This document shows positions 25,095-27,439 of a stretch of DNA of 27,439 nt, piece by piece. The DNA lies in the NCBI GenBank assembly GCA_039630085.1, contig JBCNVM010000013.1:1-27439 (forward strand), given 5' to 3'. A model generated the notes under the pieces. That model had not been told where the DNA came from and searched no databases. It saw nothing but the letters and a program-made list of their open reading frames with translations. The stretch's first letter is position 1. Each line of letters starts with the position of its first letter. Made by a program: the position numbers and the translations under genes. This DNA comes from Candidatus Caldarchaeales archaeon (lineage in GTDB: Archaea; Thermoproteota; Nitrososphaeria_A; Caldarchaeales; Calditenuaceae).

Positions 25095-26671
25095 TCCTCA
25101 ACACCCGCCCCCCTTCTCAGAAGCCTGACGAACTCCAGCGGCCTCGTAGCCACGAGATACATGCCGACGACACCTGCTATGGACATGGCCGTGAAAAGCG
25201 TCGTGAAGGCGGCCATGGTCGCGGCTGAGACTTCTGCGGGCGTCACGAGCTCCTCCGGATAAAGCAGGCCGTAGACTGTCCAAGGCTTCCGACCCACCTC
25301 CCTCACGAACCAGCCCAAGGAGGCCGAAAGCACGGAGCCGAGAAGGGTCAGAAGGGCAAAGATGAAAATTAGTCGCCTCGCGCCCAGACGGCCGAACATC
25401 ACAGAAACGATTCTAGAGAGTGGGCCGAGGTTGAAGACCGAGGACGTCAGGGCCACCACCGAGGCCAGAGCCGTCACACCTGCCCCTATCTTAGCGTAAT
25501 AAGCCCCGTTAACCAGTTTGAGCCGGCCCTCGGCCGCCGCCAAGTCCCGAAGGCAGAGGTCTCTAAGCTTGACGTTGCTGGAGGGGCCGGGTTTGTATCC
25601 TGGAACTACCGCTGAGGCGACTTTACCGACGGTGGTATCGCCATGAGCTTCGCATTCTCTGCGGAAGGCGTCGAACCCGAGTATGGGTCTGGAGGGGTCG
25701 CCGTAGGCTAGGAATCCTAGTAGGGGGTTCTGGGTCGTCGTGGCCGCGCCCTCCATCAAGGCGAATTTCGTCGGCATGAACTCCGCAACGGACTTACCCA
25801 TTAGGTCGCCGAAAACAATAGGTTGGATAACGAGCAGAATCAGAAGGATCGGGAGGAAAGGCCTCAGGATCTTAACGTATCTCTGCTCTCCGGCCCGGAA
25901 GTGCATGTAGGATAGGGCTGCGGAAGCGATGGCAATTCCAATGATCACCGCGGCGGTCACGTTGTGGAGGACACTGACTAATGCGTAAGGTGAGTAGAGC
26001 GCTACGAACGGGTCGTTAAGGCTGATGCCGACGGCTCGAGCCACTTCAGGGCTCTGAAGAATCTGAGAAGCTGTTCCAACCGATAGCAGGCTATCTACGA
26101 GAGCCAGCTTGACCTTGACTAGGACGGCGGTGTCGAAGGCCGTAGGCCCATACTCCGGGAGATAGGGATAGAGGACGGAGGCGAGGGCCCCAGTCCCCCA
26201 AGGGACGTTAATCCAGCTGTTCACCATCGTTATCAAGGCCCCAGAGAAGGCTGCGAAGGCGAAGTAACCGCTCAAGAGCGCGATGCTTAGCCAGGGCTTC
26301 ACCCGCCGAAGAGTAACTATGAACGCGACGAGAAAGACAATTTCGCCGATGAAAGCCACCAGCTCCGCTGCTAAGGGGACGAAGGCAACGGTCGCTATAG
26401 CGTATATCGTGCCCGGCCAGGCTTGAACTAGGCCGAACTCCACGAGCGTGCCCGTTATGGCCCCTAAAGCGAAGTTAACGGCCAGGACGCCTGTCGCCGT
26501 CCTAGCCGCCTTGTAGTAATCCTCGTCGCGCGTCCTCCACCACTTATACAGGAGCGCCCCTATGACGAATGGGAAACCCAAAGTGATGGTGACGAATAGT
26601 GCATGCAAGTATATTCCGAGCGCGCTGATCGGCATTAGCAGGGAGACGCTTTCGGCGGCCTGCATGTCCAC
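25091..26671 (-). CDS. cydA: Cytochrome bd oxidase subunit I
   Basis: YLHALFVTITLG, NFALGAITGTLVEFG, VLHNV, PTKFALMEG and GWFVREVGRKPW motifs. Confidence 0.93.
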   Translation of the reverse strand: MDMQAAESVSLLMPISALGIYLHALFVTITLGFPFVIGALLYKWWRTRDEDYYKAARTATGVLAVNFALGAITGTLVEFGLVQAWPGTIYAIATVAFVPLAAELVAFIGEIVFLVAFIVTLRRVKPWLSIALLSGYFAFAAFSGALITMVNSWINVPWGTGALASVLYPYLPEYGPTAFDTAVLVKVKLALVDSLLSVGTASQILQSPEVARAVGISLNDPFVALYSPYALVSVLHNVTAAVIIGIAIASAALSYMHFRAGEQRYVKILRPFLPILLILLVIQPIVFGDLMGKSVAEFMPTKFALMEGAATTTQNPLLGFLAYGDPSRPILGFDAFRRECEAHGDTTVGKVASAVVPGYKPGPSSNVKLRDLCLRDLAAAEGRLKLVNGAYYAKIGAGVTALASVVALTSSVFNLGPLSRIVSVMFGRLGARRLIFIFALLTLLGSVLSASLGWFVREVGRKPWTVYGLLYPEELVTPAEVSAATMAAFTTLFTAMSIAGVVGMYLVATRPLEFVRLLRRGAGVEE

Positions 26672-26740
26672 TCAGCAGAAAGTCTATAATTTGGGTAGTT
26701 AATAAACATGTGCGACAATACTCTGCGAATTGTGAAAATT

Positions 26741-26795
26741 ATACAACGTTCTACAAGCCTATACAATATTATACAAACCAGACAATATTATACAA
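26741..26795. repeat. About 10-bp-phased (T/G)ACAA array upstream of cydA
   Basis: TACAA at 26742, 26752, 26762, 26772 and 26791, GACAA at 26781; includes ACAATATTATACAA twice (26763, 26782). Confidence 0.7.
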
Positions 26796-27043
26796 GCCAA
26801 TAGACGCCGCGACATCGCTCACAACCGTGAAGCTGTTATATTATGAAAGCCGGCCCGGCCGGAGAAACCCTGTTCTTAATTACTTTAAGCAGCCGAATGG
26901 GCTATCCTCGTTCATGCTGTAACAGTATAACGATGTCGGAGACCGCAGTCAAAAATGCTTGTCCCCGACAGCTCGTCTACCTCGTGAGTCTGATACAGCG
27001 AACCTTTCCTCAAGTGACGAATTAAAAGCACACGTGCGCCGCT

Positions 27044-27169
27044 CTAGTCAGCGATTCTGCTGTTCTCCAAAGGGTTCAACCGCAGCTCCTCTACCCGTTC
27101 CTTAAGCAGGTAGGCGGTGGTTTTCTCATCGATCAAGAGAACCTTGGCGCGCTGGCAGGAGAACTTCAC
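27044..27169 (-). pseudogene. Possible RelE/ParE toxin N-terminal remnant
   Basis: 41-codon frame VKFSCQRAKVLLIDEKTTAYLLKERVEELRLNPL resembles the RelE N-terminal half; weak. Confidence 0.3.
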
Positions 27170-27362
27170 CGATAGACTCCCTCACACACAACCTCGTGCG
27201 CGACATGCAGAGTCAGCGACGATTTACCAGTCCAAAGCTCCCCCGCCAAGACGACCAGCGCATGCTTCGGAAGTAATGGCTCAGAAAGAAATTCTATATA
27301 CAGAGCCGATTCTATAATATTTGAGGGAGCTTGCGGACTCAGGCTAGGGGCAGACTACGGGC

Positions 27363-27439
27363 GCGGTCGCGAGACTGAGGCTGGCATGACCGACAGGGAC
27401 GAGCACTGGGAGGTCATTTACGTCAGGAGGGACTCCCAC
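27363..27439 (+). repeat. Direct repeat copy 2, runs off the window end
   Basis: 76/77 identical to 23297-23373; single A>T at 27434. Confidence 0.95.

Noticed and set aside
26741-26795. CRISPR array
   Set aside because: Units are about 10 bp with no unique spacers; no cas genes or repeat-spacer pattern anywhere in the window.
26710-27317. Short + strand ORFs 26710-26922, 26843-27025 and 27117-27317
   Set aside because: No motifs, atypical codon usage, and overlap with the cydA upstream region and repeats.

Overview
GC-rich archaeal chromosomal window, probably a thermophilic TACK lineage. This placement is inferred from class III pilins, a tRNA-Met with two non-canonical BHB introns, a CydAA'-type oxidase, a histone fold and heavy AGG-Arg usage. 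The left part (1-8.3 kb) is a patchwork: two paralogous pilins, two free-standing HTH-LAGLIDADG endonuclease genes and a lower-GC surface-glycosylation cluster. One endonuclease is bracketed by tRNA-Met and a degenerate copy of its 3' end; the other sits inside a broken ATP-cone gene. The middle (8.4-15.8 kb) holds host genes: nuoL, a MacB-type permease, an aldo/keto reductase, DUF420, copA and thpR. The highlight is 15.9-23.5 kb, a compact, intact, host-like HK97-type virion module. It has a leftward tail operon (tube, chaperone with a +1 frameshift motif, gp10-like protein, tape measure) and a rightward head operon (portal, protease, cement, major capsid), with two RHH regulators. No terminase, integrase, replication, baseplate or lysis genes are recognisable, so it is a candidate domesticated, GTA-like element. 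It is followed by a histone-fold gene, a cydAA' island and a second copy of the capsid-gene 3' end at the window edge. All protein calls come from motif recognition by eye; no database searches were run.
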